From positions 64,001 through 128,000 of IMG/VR virus record IMGVR_UViG_2816332589_000001: DNA of 64,000 nt. One strand, 5' to 3'. The notes under the pieces are model-generated. The model saw nothing but the letters and a program-made list of their open reading frames with translations, had not been told where the DNA came from and did no database searches. Shown piece by piece: positions 29,010 to 39,280 of the stretch. This stretch comes from a virus. Taxonomy: Duplodnaviria > Caudoviricetes. Position numbers and translations under genes: made by a program. Numbering within the stretch: the stretch's first letter is position 1; the number at the start of each line of letters is the position of its first letter.

Positions 29010-30086
29010 CTACTTCGCCGGCGGGTACGCCAGCAAGTGACCAGGCCACGCCGTGTCAGGCTCAACGCGCCAACCAGCTGCCCGCAGAACCCCTCCTGCG
29101 CGCTCCCGCTCCTCAGCATCATCCGTGCCGATCTCGCTCAGACAGACACCGGGCGCCTTCTCGCCCGAGGGTGCCACCGCGCTCACCATGAGCCCGGTCT
29201 CCTCACACAGGTAGCTCCCCTTACCGATCGACTCTCCGTACCTGACCAGGCGAAGCCCAGCGTCGGCGAGCAGGGCGATCGCGGCGTCCACGTCCGCGTG
29301 CCGCCGCCACTCGGGGAAGCGCCCGACCGCCGGCGTGGTGCTCTTCGGCACCCACTGCACGTGGTACAGGTCCTCCTCCGGCAGAGAGTAGGCCACCATG
29401 CGCCCCGTACTCTCCACCTCGTCGTACAGGAGCACGTTCGCAACGTCCACCAAGGCATCTATCCGCTCGTACTGAACCAGCGGGCCGTAACCGGTCACTT
29501 CGCGCACTTCCCTGCGCAGCCACGCCAGCCCGTCACCAAGGATCTCGTCCGCGCGCTCCAGGGCATCCCACAGCTTCGGCGCAGTGGCCATGCAGGCATC
29601 GGCGAGGATGTGCCGCCGCTCGGCATGCATCGCTTCGGCCGCGGCTTCTTCCTCGGTGTCCGCCGTCGCCACGTGCACCCGGGTCCACGAGTCCATGACC
29701 AGCCACGGCGCGGTGACGGGAATGTCGGAGGCGACCGGCGCGAACCGGGGGCTACTGGTGTCGTGCGGCCGGTCGTCCACGAACACGTCCGTACGGCCGG
29801 GCACGCTCGTCACCGCGAACCCAGCGGCGGTGAGCCGTTCAACGATCTGCGCCTTGTACTTCTCGCGGCCGAGAGCGGGCCCGTGCGTCCAGACCGGCCG
29901 GGTGGGCGTACCGCCGTGCCACCGGACGAACATGCGGCGCGGCTCGACGGTATCGAGGGATTCGACGCGGAACCCCTCGTGCACCACGCCGGGTACGTAC
30001 TCCGGCAGGGAGCGGGCGAGCAGCGTCGTGACCCGGGCAGCCAGGTCTACGGAGTGAAGCGGAGCGACGCGCGGTTCAGTGGTCAT
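29010..30086 (-). CDS. hypothetical protein
   Basis: MTTEPRV start after AGGAG. Confidence 0.7.
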   Translation of the reverse strand: MTTEPRVAPLHSVDLAARVTTLLARSLPEYVPGVVHEGFRVESLDTVEPRRMFVRWHGGTPTRPVWTHGPALGREKYKAQIVERLTAAGFAVTSVPGRTDVFVDDRPHDTSSPRFAPVASDIPVTAPWLVMDSWTRVHVATADTEEEAAAEAMHAERRHILADACMATAPKLWDALERADEILGDGLAWLRREVREVTGYGPLVQYERIDALVDVANVLLYDEVESTGRMVAYSLPEEDLYHVQWVPKSTTPAVGRFPEWRRHADVDAAIALLADAGLRLVRYGESIGKGSYLCEETGLMVSAVAPSGEKAPGVCLSEIGTDDAEERERAGGVLRAAGWRVEPDTAWPGHLLAYPPAK

Positions 30087-30453
30087 CGGGAGACTCCTGA
30101 TCAGTACGGAAAGGGAAGGCAAGACGGGGCCGCAGCAGGCGCAGGCGGGACCGCCACGGCGTTCGGGACACGACGCGCACCACGGCGGCCACCGTGGACG
30201 CGTCGAGCCCTTCCGCGGGCACCTCGACGGCCACAGGCGGCCGGTGCGGGGCGCGCGGGCGGATGACGATGAGCAGTTGGCCGGAGCGGGTGGTGGGCGC
30301 CGACACGGCGATGCGAGTGCGGCGGGTTTCGACGGTGCCGCTCGGCTCGACGCGCCCACCGAGGAGCCGGGCAAGCTCGTACCGCAGGGCGTCCGCGCGC
30401 AGCACAGCCTGCACGCGGTCCGCCCCCGGCCACAGAGCCGGCCGGTCACCCAT
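30076..30453 (-). CDS. hypothetical protein
   Basis: Overlaps both neighbours in operon fashion. Confidence 0.55.
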   Translation of the reverse strand: MGDRPALWPGADRVQAVLRADALRYELARLLGGRVEPSGTVETRRTRIAVSAPTTRSGQLLIVIRPRAPHRPPVAVEVPAEGLDASTVAAVVRVVSRTPWRSRLRLLRPRLAFPFRTDQESPDDH

Positions 30454-30739
30454 CGGTCAGGCTGGGCGTGCCGCCGGGGAACGCCGCCAGATAGGCCAGA
30501 TGCTCACGGTGAAACTGAGTGATCTCCGCGTCGGTGAAGCGGCGCCCGACCGCGGCCGCGCACTCCCGGGCGAGGAGAAACCGGCCGTGCAGCCAGCGAA
30601 GCCGGGACTCCGGCGGCCACGCGGCCGTGGGCCACACGACGGCCCAGTCACGCCCGGCCTCGACGAGCGCGGTTGCGTACTCGCCGAACTCCCGCATCAT
30701 GATGTCGCCGAGCTGGCCGCGCTCCTTCTCGTTCGACAC
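30446..30739 (-). CDS. hypothetical protein
   Basis: GTG start after GGAGG. Confidence 0.6.
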   Translation of the reverse strand: MSNEKERGQLGDIMMREFGEYATALVEAGRDWAVVWPTAAWPPESRLRWLHGRFLLARECAAAVGRRFTDAEITQFHREHLAYLAAFPGGTPSLTDG

Positions 30740-30741
30740 GG

Positions 30742-31380
30742 CTACGCCTCCGACGGGGCTGCGGCGAGTACGAACACGTGAAGGCACGTCACGAGCGACG
30801 GCAGACCTGCATTCCGCCATCCCTCAGCGTCGTACCGGCTGTACCGCACGTAGACCCGTCCCGCGGCCTCGTCGTACCGCACCCGGACGCGGTCATGCTC
30901 GGCGACAATCCCCGACAGCACCTGCGCGGCCTCCGCCGCGGTGATGACGCCGGGAATGTCGTATGCCGCGTCCTCGTCGTGCGCCGCGACCAGTTCCCGC
31001 ACCGGCACGAGCAACCCCGAACTCTGATGCTCGGTGACGTACTGCGCGCAGTCGTGCAGGGGCGGGAACGCGAGCAGCGTCCGGCCCGGCAGGGTGGGGC
31101 CCGGGTCGGCGGGCACGAACCGCTGCCGCGCGTCCCACTTCTCGACGGCCCGGCCCAGGGCCGCGCGCACCTCGGCGTCGGACCACCAGCCGGTGCCGTC
31201 GTCCTGGTCGTCGTTCAGCCCGTCGTACCGGGACGGCACCCATGACCCGTTGGTGCGGGTCCACACGTCCCCGGTGTGCGTCCACACGTAGCGGTCGCCA
31301 TCGGTGAAGAACAGTGGGGCGGACGGCGGGGGAAACAAGGCCGACTGCACGACCGGGGCGTTCAAGGACATGGTGGACAC
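30742..31380 (-). CDS. hypothetical protein
   Basis: GTG start after GGAG. Confidence 0.65.
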   Translation of the reverse strand: MSTMSLNAPVVQSALFPPPSAPLFFTDGDRYVWTHTGDVWTRTNGSWVPSRYDGLNDDQDDGTGWWSDAEVRAALGRAVEKWDARQRFVPADPGPTLPGRTLLAFPPLHDCAQYVTEHQSSGLLVPVRELVAAHDEDAAYDIPGVITAAEAAQVLSGIVAEHDRVRVRYDEAAGRVYVRYSRYDAEGWRNAGLPSLVTCLHVFVLAAAPSEA

Positions 31381-31510
31381 GGGGGGATCTCCAAGCGGTG
31401 AGTACGGGTACGGCGGGGCGCGGTGCGCCCTGCTCACGGCCGTGACGGGCACGGCCGAGGGGAGGGAGCAGCGGGCCGGCCGGGGCGGGGACGGGCCGCC
31501 CCGGGCGGGG

Positions 31511-31957
31511 TCAGCGAAGGACGAACGAGAGCCACGCGGGCACGTGCAGCGGGCGAACGGACCGCTGGTTGGCGGAGAGCCGCAGTTCCTCGGCCAGCTC
31601 CCCCAGCTCGGCGCCCGACGCCTCGAAGTCGTCATGGCCACCGACAAGGCTCAGGGCTTCGGCTCGGGACGGCTCGGTGCGGAACGCGGACACGGTGAAC
31701 ACGCGGAAGCGGATGGCGGCGGAAGACCAGCCACCAGGCTCGACGCGGCTGTTCATGCTCGTGCTGCCGAACACGATCCGGTCGCCCCACTGGAGATCCG
31801 CGCCGGTCGGCGGAGCCCAGGCAACCCCGTACGGGGGCGGAGCCTCGATCAGGCGGCGGTGAGCGTCGCTGGCGCTGCGGGGGACGTAGAAGGCGGACAC
31901 GCGGGGGATGCTGGTCACGGGATGCTCCAGGAGAGGGACGCCGGGGCGCGCGCTCAC
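31511..31957 (-). CDS. hypothetical protein
   Basis: 148-aa ORF co-oriented in the array. Confidence 0.55.
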   Translation of the reverse strand: MSARPGVPLLEHPVTSIPRVSAFYVPRSASDAHRRLIEAPPPYGVAWAPPTGADLQWGDRIVFGSTSMNSRVEPGGWSSAAIRFRVFTVSAFRTEPSRAEALSLVGGHDDFEASGAELGELAEELRLSANQRSVRPLHVPAWLSFVLR

Positions 31958-31979
31958 ACGCCCCGGCCGGATGGCGGAC

Positions 31980-33065
31980 TCAGATGCGGAACAGCGCCTC
32001 GGCCACGGCGCGGCGACGCTCCCCGTCGGAGCCCAGCGGGAAGTACCGCACCGGGCCGGCCGTCCCGTCCTCGGCGACGCGCAGGACCTCCACGGCCCCG
32101 TACGGGCCTTCCACGAGCGGCGGCGTCACAGCGAACAGGTACGTCGCGGAACCAATGCGGCGGGCCCACTCCCACCCGCTCTCGGGCATCGGCTGACGCA
32201 TCCCGACGACGAACAGCCCGTACGCCCGTGCGGCCTCCACCAGGGCGCGCCGGACCTCGTACAGAGCCTGATACGGGATGGCGCGCCGCACGGCCGTCGT
32301 GAACTCCGTCATGGCCTTGTCCAGGGCCCGCCCGTCGCCCGTGCCGTTGATGGCTGCGCCGAGCGTTCGCAGGGCTTCCAGACCGCTGAGGAACGCGCGG
32401 TCCCAGGCGCGGCGCTCCGCAGACGCGATCCATGTGCGCTGCTCGGCAGGGTCCTCGAACCGCTTACCGACCCTGCTGCCGCACTCCGAGGTGAGGAGCA
32501 CGACGGCCCGCACGGCGGGGTGGTCCATCGTGGCGCCGTCCGGCTCATGCAGGAACCGGGACACGGCGTGCTCCACATCGGCCAGCAGCGCCCATTCAGC
32601 ACGGTTCTTCGCGTGCCGCACTGCGGCCTCAGCGTTCGCTAGTGCCGCATCGAACGGGCCGCGCCGGTCGGCGGAGCCCTGCTCGGGGTGCAGGGACGTC
32701 AGAACGCGTTCCAGAGCGACCAGGGTCTCCTCACACGCGCGGTCCTCCGCAGCGCGTACGGCGGACTGCCCGGCGGTGATCAGCGAACGCATCGGCTCCA
32801 CCCGGGCCCGGGAGTAGTTCGGCCCGGCGATGTACTCCCACGGGCCCACGGCGCGCCAGCCGTTGGCCTGCAACAGGTCGTCGGGACCGATGCGGCGGCT
32901 GTTCGGGACGTACGGAGCGGTGAACCGGGCTATGGGTTCCGGGCTCTGCTGGGGAACGATGATCGTCACCCAGTTCTCGCGGCGGGCGCCCTCCTTACGG
33001 CTGGTGACCTGTACGGCGTGCTGGAACTCGGCGAAGTAGCGGACGGCGGGTACGGCGGTGCTCAT
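31980..33065 (-). CDS. hypothetical protein
   Basis: MSTAVPAV start after GGAG. Confidence 0.7.
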   Translation of the reverse strand: MSTAVPAVRYFAEFQHAVQVTSRKEGARRENWVTIIVPQQSPEPIARFTAPYVPNSRRIGPDDLLQANGWRAVGPWEYIAGPNYSRARVEPMRSLITAGQSAVRAAEDRACEETLVALERVLTSLHPEQGSADRRGPFDAALANAEAAVRHAKNRAEWALLADVEHAVSRFLHEPDGATMDHPAVRAVVLLTSECGSRVGKRFEDPAEQRTWIASAERRAWDRAFLSGLEALRTLGAAINGTGDGRALDKAMTEFTTAVRRAIPYQALYEVRRALVEAARAYGLFVVGMRQPMPESGWEWARRIGSATYLFAVTPPLVEGPYGAVEVLRVAEDGTAGPVRYFPLGSDGERRRAVAEALFRI

Positions 33066-33163
33066 GGCGGAGTTCTCCAAGGGGCTTACGGAATGTGGAT
33101 GGGGGCGGGTGGAGCACTGGGCCGGCGGGGCGCGCCGGACGGGCGCGCCCCGGGCCGGGCAGA

Positions 33164-33757
33164 TCAGTTGGGGGTAACGCTGGAAGCGATCGCGAGCACG
33201 ACGGCCGTCAGCAGCGGCTCGATCGCGGCGTAGTCGGGGGCGTCGGCGGGGATGTACGCGTACGTGCCGGTGCCCGCGGGGAGGCGGACCCAGATCACGC
33301 CGGTCTCCGTCTGGCTCATCTCCCAGTCCCGGGGGAACCTCTTGATCGACGGGGCATCCACGGTGCGCTGCCCCGGCCCCCACGGTCCGGGCGCCGTGTC
33401 GTCCATCTCCGGCAGGGGCACGACCGCGTTGGACGATGGGCCCTTGGTACCGGCCAGCAGGTACGCGCGGCCCTGCTCGAACGGCATCTCGCCGTCGCGC
33501 ACCGGGCGCCCGGGAAGCGGGTCATCGGCGCCAACGGACGCCGGGGTGAACAGCGGCACTCCAGCCTCTGCGAGAAACGGCGGGTGGGTGAACATCTTCC
33601 GTATCTCCTCGTCGGTGAAGGCGGCCGGGCAATCGGCGCAGCACGTCCAACGCCCTTCCTCGGACCGGGTGTGCGCCGTACCGAGCACGGTGACGCGGTC
33701 ACCGGCCGCGAACGCGGCGGGCACGTGGGGCATGACGGACGGGAGCAGCAACGACAC
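33164..33757 (-). CDS. hypothetical protein
   Basis: GTG start after GGAG; CxxC. Confidence 0.65.
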   Translation of the reverse strand: MSLLLPSVMPHVPAAFAAGDRVTVLGTAHTRSEEGRWTCCADCPAAFTDEEIRKMFTHPPFLAEAGVPLFTPASVGADDPLPGRPVRDGEMPFEQGRAYLLAGTKGPSSNAVVPLPEMDDTAPGPWGPGQRTVDAPSIKRFPRDWEMSQTETGVIWVRLPAGTGTYAYIPADAPDYAAIEPLLTAVVLAIASSVTPN

Positions 33758-33950
33758 GGGAACTCCAGAGCAGTGAGAAGAACGAGGCGGGCGGATGATG
33801 GCCCGCAGGGCTCGCTTACGGCGCGCCCCGCACACGGCCGCGACGGCGGGCGGCACGGCCGAGAGCAGGAAGCGGCGGGATGAGGGCTCCGTCGGCCCCC
33901 GCACCGCCCCGCGACACGGCGCCGCGGGACGATGCGGAAGCGACGGCCGA

Positions 33951-34721
33951 CTAGCGGAAGAACCTGACGACTTCCGACGCGGTCAGTGGTCCCGCTCCCC
34001 TGCGCTCGCCGTCCACCTCGCTTTGGACGAAGAACCGCAGCCGGGTGTGTGCGGGGCAAAGCGGGTTCTCCAACCGCCGCCGGACGATCCACGAGATGCG
34101 ATGGGTGTCCGTGTCCACGCGAAGCGCTCCCCGCGCGTCCGGGTAGGGCAGGGTCCGCATACCTGCCTTGCTCAGCAGGCCCGCCAGGTGCGCCATGTCC
34201 TTAGCCACGGCATCCGGCGCGTACTCCGGGCTCTGCGGCTCACCCATGTACGAGCGGCACGCCACGGTGTAGCGGCGCCCGTGGTGCGATGCCGGCTGGC
34301 TGCACATCTCGCACCGAGGATTCGCCGGAGTGTCCGGGCGCGGCTCGACATCGAACTTGTCGCACGCCGTGGCGTTCGGGTTGTGGTGCTCGCTTTCCCA
34401 CTGGCCGCACGTTCCGCACGTCGGCGTCCGGGGCGTAGGAAGCGGCCGGGCCTCTTGCACCATCCCGTGGAACGTGCCGGACGCGTAGGTGAACCCGACG
34501 GTCCTGCTCACGTCGTCCATGGAGAGCGCACCGCCGCACTCAATGGCGTTGATCAGCATGGCCCGCAGCAGCGCACCGGACATGCGGCGCGGGTTGGGCG
34601 TACCGGGCACGAGGGCGGACGCGGGTGACGCAGTGACGGAGTACGCCGCGAACGTCACCTCGGCCACGTCGGTGAGCGGCCGGAACATCGCGGACCGCTC
34701 ATCATCACGAACAGCAGACAC
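33951..34721 (-). CDS. Cys/His-rich hypothetical protein
   Basis: Two CxxC-x5-H..C units. Confidence 0.65.
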   Translation of the reverse strand: MSAVRDDERSAMFRPLTDVAEVTFAAYSVTASPASALVPGTPNPRRMSGALLRAMLINAIECGGALSMDDVSRTVGFTYASGTFHGMVQEARPLPTPRTPTCGTCGQWESEHHNPNATACDKFDVEPRPDTPANPRCEMCSQPASHHGRRYTVACRSYMGEPQSPEYAPDAVAKDMAHLAGLLSKAGMRTLPYPDARGALRVDTDTHRISWIVRRRLENPLCPAHTRLRFFVQSEVDGERRGAGPLTASEVVRFFR

Positions 34722-35011
34722 AGGAACTCCCAGAAGACGGAGGGACTGAAGAGACCGGAGAAACCGGGGCAGACACCAGCCGGACGGGCGCGCACGAGGG
34801 GTTGCCGTGAGACCAGAGAGCAACGCTCTGACCAGCGAAAAGGAACATTCGTGGAACCGGTGAGACCGTTCTACGCGTGCGCGCGGGGGCTGGGGTCGCA
34901 TCGGTGGTCCGGGCGCCGTACTGCGACCGCCGGGGGGCAGCTGCCGCAGTACGGGGCGCGGAGCACCGTGCCGGCCGGGGGCACGCCGGGGTGGGCGCGC
35001 CCCCGGGCGGG

Positions 35012-35779
35012 TCAGCCGCGCTTGATACGGACGGTGATCCGGTTGCGGTAGCGGTTGAAGCGGTGGCGGGTGCGGAACTTGAAGTTCTGCCAGTTCGGCG
35101 TACGGCGCCACTGGAGGTAGGCGACGCGGGCGCGGGTCAGGGGGCGCAGTACGGCGGGTGTCGCGGCGTCGTAGCCGTTGTAGCCGTTGTAGACCTCGCG
35201 GAGGATCGCGGCGGCCGCAACGCGTGGTGAGGCGGCGGAGGGGGCAATGACGCCGGGCATGGAGGTCCAGCCGTCGTTGGCGTACAAATCCCTGGTGGCC
35301 ATGAACCAGTCGCCGTCAAAGCCCTGGTAGGCGTAGTACTCCTCGCGGCCGTTGGTGATGGTGAGCCCGTAGCTCTCGCTCCCGACCGTGCTGGTGTACA
35401 CATCAAGGTGTCCGGCCCGGATGATTTCTGCCTCCGTCCGGCGGAGGGCGGCGCGGTCCAGGCTGTGGCGGGTGTGGAAGGCGGCTACCCGCCGCTCCCC
35501 TGCGGCCCACCGGTCGCGGTCTTCGTACTGGTAGCCAGCAGCTACGGCCAGATCGAGGATCTTGCCCGCGTGGGTGATGCCGTCTTCGTCTTTGGGGGCG
35601 AGTGGGGTCCACACGGTGGCGCGGATGTTGGTGTACCAGGTGTCGTCTTGGTCCGGTTCGGTGTCGGTCATGGTGACCGTGTCGATTCGGCCGTCGGGGT
35701 GCTGCGTGATCGTCAGGTACAGGGGGTCGGCGTTCTCGACGGCGGGGGTGTCGGTGGGCTTGTCCAGGCTGACGGGCAT
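35012..35779 (-). CDS. hypothetical protein, first gene of the leftward array
   Basis: 255-aa ORF after leader copy E. Confidence 0.75.
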   Translation of the reverse strand: MPVSLDKPTDTPAVENADPLYLTITQHPDGRIDTVTMTDTEPDQDDTWYTNIRATVWTPLAPKDEDGITHAGKILDLAVAAGYQYEDRDRWAAGERRVAAFHTRHSLDRAALRRTEAEIIRAGHLDVYTSTVGSESYGLTITNGREEYYAYQGFDGDWFMATRDLYANDGWTSMPGVIAPSAASPRVAAAAILREVYNGYNGYDAATPAVLRPLTRARVAYLQWRRTPNWQNFKFRTRHRFNRYRNRITVRIKRG

Positions 35780-35803
35780 GAGTGTCCCTTTGGTGGTTGG
35801 TGT

Positions 35804-35866
35804 GGAGCGTTGGTGTTGGCCGGATCGCTCGTTCCGACCAACAAGCAGAACTGTACACCACGTCCC
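35804..35866 (-). promoter_or_regulatory. leader element copy E
   Basis: GGGACGTGGTGTACAGT..GTTGGTCGGA-ACGAGCGA-TCCGGCCAACACCAACGCTCC. Confidence 0.8.
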
Positions 35867-35957
35867 GCGATGCGCAACACCGGGTCCATTTCTCCCGGCC
35901 CTATAGGGGGTATGACTACCGCCCTTCGGACGTGGTTGTCAGTTTGTGCCGTGGTCA

Positions 35958-36022
35958 TGTAGTGTGGTGCTCGCACCGAACGGCGCAGACGGAACGAGCA
36001 CCCGTACCGCGCCGAACGCTCC
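35958..36022 (+). promoter_or_regulatory. leader element copy F (divergent variant)
   Basis: TGTAGTGT -10; CGGCGC.ACGG-AACGAGCAC-CCGT.GCGCCG then AACGCTCC. Confidence 0.6.
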
Positions 36023-36044
36023 CAACCAGCCTTAGGGGACCTCT

Positions 36045-36374
36045 GTGTCTGCTGCCGCCGAACGCCGCGCCCGCCGCCGCAACGCCGCCGCCGTACTCCG
36101 CAACCGCCGCCGGGTGAACCGGACGCACACCGTGAAGCCCTTCCTGCGCTTCCTCGGATACGAGCCGGAGTTCGTTGACCGCTACGCCTCTCCGTTCGGC
36201 AAGCACGTGGTGAAGGCGTACCGCGCCCAGCACGACGGTGCCGACCCGGCCACCCGCCTCAAGCGCATCAACGGCCGCCTGCGCCCCGTGTACGTGTACG
36301 CCCCCGGCGACCCGGCCCTGACCGTCGCGCTCAACACCTACAGGCGCACCGCTGAGTACGCCCCCGCCGCGTAG
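36045..36374 (+). CDS. basic hypothetical protein, first gene of the rightward array
   Basis: 109-aa Arg-rich ORF after AGGGG RBS. Confidence 0.7.
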   Translation: MSAAAERRARRRNAAAVLRNRRRVNRTHTVKPFLRFLGYEPEFVDRYASPFGKHVVKAYRAQHDGADPATRLKRINGRLRPVYVYAPGDPALTVALNTYRRTAEYAPAA

Positions 36375-36441
36375 CCCTTCCCCCACCCCCCGGGGCGCGG
36401 CACCCGCCGCGCCCCACCCTCCCCCGATCGGAGAACCCCTG

Positions 36442-36846
36442 ATGAAGCTGCCCTTCACCTGCCGTGCCCGCGCCGCTGTGGCTGCCGCCGTGGCGACCGG
36501 ACTGCTTGCCGTGGCCGCGTCGCTCACCACCTTCTACGACGGCGTGAACGCCGGGGCGACCGTCGGCACGCCCGGGTGTTCCGTCGGTGTCGAGTGGCGC
36601 GGTGACCCGGGCGTGTTCGGCTCGTGCACCGGCACGGACCCGGACGCCGGGGCCGACCAGGGCGACGAGATCGTGACGGCGTACAACGACGGTTTCCTGG
36701 ACGGACAGGCGGACGTGCACGAGGGCGGCGGCCGTGACGCGCACGAGGCCGGCATGGGGGCGGGCGCCAAGTCGGGTGATGCGGCCGTGACCGCGTACAA
36801 CGACGGATTCCTGGACGGACAGGCTGACGCGCGAGTGCGCCGCTGA
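36442..36846 (+). CDS. secreted/membrane protein with duplicated VTAYNDGFLDGQAD motif
   Basis: N-terminal hydrophobic segment; 14-aa internal repeat. Confidence 0.7.
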   Translation: MKLPFTCRARAAVAAAVATGLLAVAASLTTFYDGVNAGATVGTPGCSVGVEWRGDPGVFGSCTGTDPDAGADQGDEIVTAYNDGFLDGQADVHEGGGRDAHEAGMGAGAKSGDAAVTAYNDGFLDGQADARVRR

Positions 36847-36887
36847 CCCGCTGGTGGGGGAGGGGCGCTCCGGGGCCCCTTCCCCAC

Positions 36888-36950
36888 CGGACACGGTTCA
36901 CAGTTTTCCCTGTTGGCCCGCACGAGCGGGCGGCGCCAACACCACGCTCC
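36888..36950 (+). promoter_or_regulatory. leader element copy G
   Basis: CGGACACGGTTCACAGT..GTTGGCCCGC-ACGAGCGG-GCGGCGCCAACACCACGCTCC. Confidence 0.75.
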
Positions 36951-36972
36951 AACCCAACCGAAAGGCATACCC

Positions 36973-37740
36973 GTGCCCGTCATCGACGCCGCGTTCTACC
37001 CGCTGATCATCACCAACCGGCCCACTGAGTACCCGTACGCGGCTCCGCCCGTCGGTACCGACATGAGTGCGCTGCGTCTGCTGCCCGCGTCCGAGGTGCG
37101 CGCCGGTGACCTGGTACTTGGCGCCTACGACGGCCCGGTGTCCCCCGGCAAGCTGCGCACCGCCAACCAGTCCGCCGCCGCGTTCACCGCGCTGCCCCTG
37201 CCCATGCACGGCGTCATCTGCCTCGATGGCGAGACACCGCTTTGGGAGCGCGACGAGCCGACTTTGGTCATCCCCCGCGAGTACCGCCCGTCCGCCCCGT
37301 ACGCCGTTGGCGACCTCGTGGAGCGCCCCGTTCTGTACACCCCGACGGACTACAGCGGCCGGTACCGGCCCGGAGAGACCGTTGCCGTCCTCCAGCGCGG
37401 CACCGTGACCGCCGTGGAAGACGGCTCCGTGAGCATCCAGTGGCTTGGCGACTGGCTCACCTGCGAAGACCCGGCGACCGGGTTCCGCCGCGTCGATCCC
37501 GTGCGCATCGAACGGGAGCGCGCCGTGTCCGGCTTCGCGGTAGGCGACCGCGTGACGCTGCCCGGCGGCACGTCCACGGGCGTGGTGATGGAACTGTGGC
37601 CGCGCTGGCTCGACGGCCGCACCACGGCGCGCGTGTGGTGGCCGCCCACCTCGGCTTCGGACAACAGCCGTGGCCGCCACCGGATGTACGAGCCGTACCA
37701 CATCGAGCACGCCGTTCCCGCCGCGTCCGCCACCCGCTGA
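36973..37740 (+). CDS. hypothetical protein
   Basis: GTG after GAAAGG; VRAGDLV, YAVGDLV and FAVGDRV beta-barrel-like motifs. Confidence 0.7.
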   Translation: MPVIDAAFYPLIITNRPTEYPYAAPPVGTDMSALRLLPASEVRAGDLVLGAYDGPVSPGKLRTANQSAAAFTALPLPMHGVICLDGETPLWERDEPTLVIPREYRPSAPYAVGDLVERPVLYTPTDYSGRYRPGETVAVLQRGTVTAVEDGSVSIQWLGDWLTCEDPATGFRRVDPVRIERERAVSGFAVGDRVTLPGGTSTGVVMELWPRWLDGRTTARVWWPPTSASDNSRGRHRMYEPYHIEHAVPAASATR

Positions 37741-37758
37741 CCCCATGCCGGCCCGGGG
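37741..37758 (+). repeat. intergenic repeat CCCCATGCCGGCCCGGGG copy 1
   Basis: Directly follows the TGA; identical at 38195 and 39236, variant at 42860. Confidence 0.8.
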
Positions 37759-37810
37759 CGCCCCGGGCCCCCTTCCCCGCTCAACTCCCACCAGAAAGGC
37801 GCCATCAGCC

Positions 37811-38194
37811 ATGCCCGGATACGCCCCCGCCACCGTCGAAACCGTCTCCATCCCCCTGCCGAACGTCACCGTCCGCCGCCCGCTCAAGCGCGGCGACGAC
37901 TACCGCTTGGAACTGGGCGCGGTCATCGCCCGCGGCTCCACCCTGGCCGCCGCCCGCGCCGATCTGGCACGCCAACTCGGCCTCACCTCCGAGACCGTGC
38001 ACACCGACCCCGGGTTCGCGCGGGCCGACGACAACGGTGACTTCCTGGTCGTGCTCGATCGCCCGTGGGGACTCGACTCGTACCTGATCACCGACGCGGG
38101 CCACAGGCTCATCGGCACCAGCAACCGCGACCGCACCCCCGCCGAGGACGCCGCCGCGAACCGGGGTTTCACCGTCATCCCGCCGCGCCGCTGA
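37811..38194 (+). CDS. hypothetical protein
   Basis: ATG after GAAAGG. Confidence 0.7.
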   Translation: MPGYAPATVETVSIPLPNVTVRRPLKRGDDYRLELGAVIARGSTLAAARADLARQLGLTSETVHTDPGFARADDNGDFLVVLDRPWGLDSYLITDAGHRLIGTSNRDRTPAEDAAANRGFTVIPPRR

Positions 38195-38212
38195 CCCCAT
38201 GCCGGCCCGGGG
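38195..38212 (+). repeat. intergenic repeat CCCCATGCCGGCCCGGGG copy 2
   Basis: Directly follows the TGA. Confidence 0.8.
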
Positions 38213-38285
38213 CGCGGAGGCCGCGCCCCGGGCCACAAACCCCGCCGCTCTGGCACCCTCCCCGAACTCCCGAAAGGAACAGCTC

Positions 38286-39215
38286 ATGACCACGGCCCCG
38301 GCCCCACTGCACCCCACCGGCACCGACGGGACGCCCCCGGGCATCCAGCTCTTCACCGTCGAAGGAACCGCGTACGGCCCGTACGTCGGGCTCCCCACGT
38401 CGGACACGTGGGGGCCGTACTCCGCGCACCTGTTCACCCGCGCGACCGCCGAACTGATCGTGAACGATCTGCACCGCGATGAGAGCAGCCTCCGGGCCGC
38501 GTTCGATCCCGAGACCGGCACGCTCACGTTCACCGACGAAGACGACGAGATGGAGCCCGAGACCGTCATCCCGGACGCGTACGGCCGGTACCTGATCGGC
38601 GGCCTGTGGCCGTGGAATGACTGGGACGACAAGGACATCCCGCACACCGCCGGGCAGGCCGCGTTCGCGCGGGGCGCGGTCGAGTACCGGGAGGCTGACG
38701 CCTCCGCGTCGCTTCCCGAACCGCTGGATGCCCTCTACCAGCGGGGCCGCCAGGAGGCGCAGCTGCTCACCCGCGAACGCGCGGAGCACCGGGGCGTGCT
38801 CTTCGACATCGACCCGTCCCGTACGCCGCTGATCGTCCGTTCCCGCCCGACGAACCACCACTTCGCGGCTCTGCCGCCCGGGGCGTACGAGTCGGCCGCC
38901 CGGCCCATGCTCGCCCGCGACGTGCGCGCCGGTGACCTGGTGGTTGCGTCGTTCGCGTCGTTCCCCACCCCCGGCCGCACGACTCAGGGGACGACGTGGG
39001 TGAAGTCCCCGTACGTCGCCGACCCACGCCCGGAAAACCCCGACTGCCGGTGCACACCGTGCCGCATAGGCCGGGAGGTGTGCGGGCCCGGTCCGCGCGT
39101 CGCGCTCTCCGCGCCCGAGAACACCCACTGGGGCGCGGAGTGCGATGTGTGGGAGGCGGACGAACCGGTGTTCGTCATCCCTGCCGCGCTGCTGCTGCTC
39201 CCCGTCTCCGAGTGA
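38286..39215 (+). CDS. hypothetical protein
   Basis: ATG after GAAAGGA; C-terminal domain paralogous to the N-terminus of 36973-37740. Confidence 0.7.
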   Translation: MTTAPAPLHPTGTDGTPPGIQLFTVEGTAYGPYVGLPTSDTWGPYSAHLFTRATAELIVNDLHRDESSLRAAFDPETGTLTFTDEDDEMEPETVIPDAYGRYLIGGLWPWNDWDDKDIPHTAGQAAFARGAVEYREADASASLPEPLDALYQRGRQEAQLLTRERAEHRGVLFDIDPSRTPLIVRSRPTNHHFAALPPGAYESAARPMLARDVRAGDLVVASFASFPTPGRTTQGTTWVKSPYVADPRPENPDCRCTPCRIGREVCGPGPRVALSAPENTHWGAECDVWEADEPVFVIPAALLLLPVSE

Positions 39216-39235
39216 CCGCCCGCCGTGTCCCCGGG

Positions 39236-39253
39236 CCCCATGCCGGCCCGGGG
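39236..39253 (+). repeat. intergenic repeat CCCCATGCCGGCCCGGGG copy 3
   Basis: Inside a larger CCGTGTCCCCGGGCC/GGCCCGGGGACACGG hairpin. Confidence 0.8.
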
Positions 39254-39280
39254 ACACGGGCCCCGCAGAAGGAACCCGCC

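Noticed and set aside
36915-36932. Guanidine-II (mini-ykkC) riboswitch suggested by GCCCGC-ACGA-GCGGGC
   Set aside because: Only one hairpin rather than tandem ACGR hairpins; other copies (A, E) can only close an 8-nt loop; downstream genes are not guanidine-related
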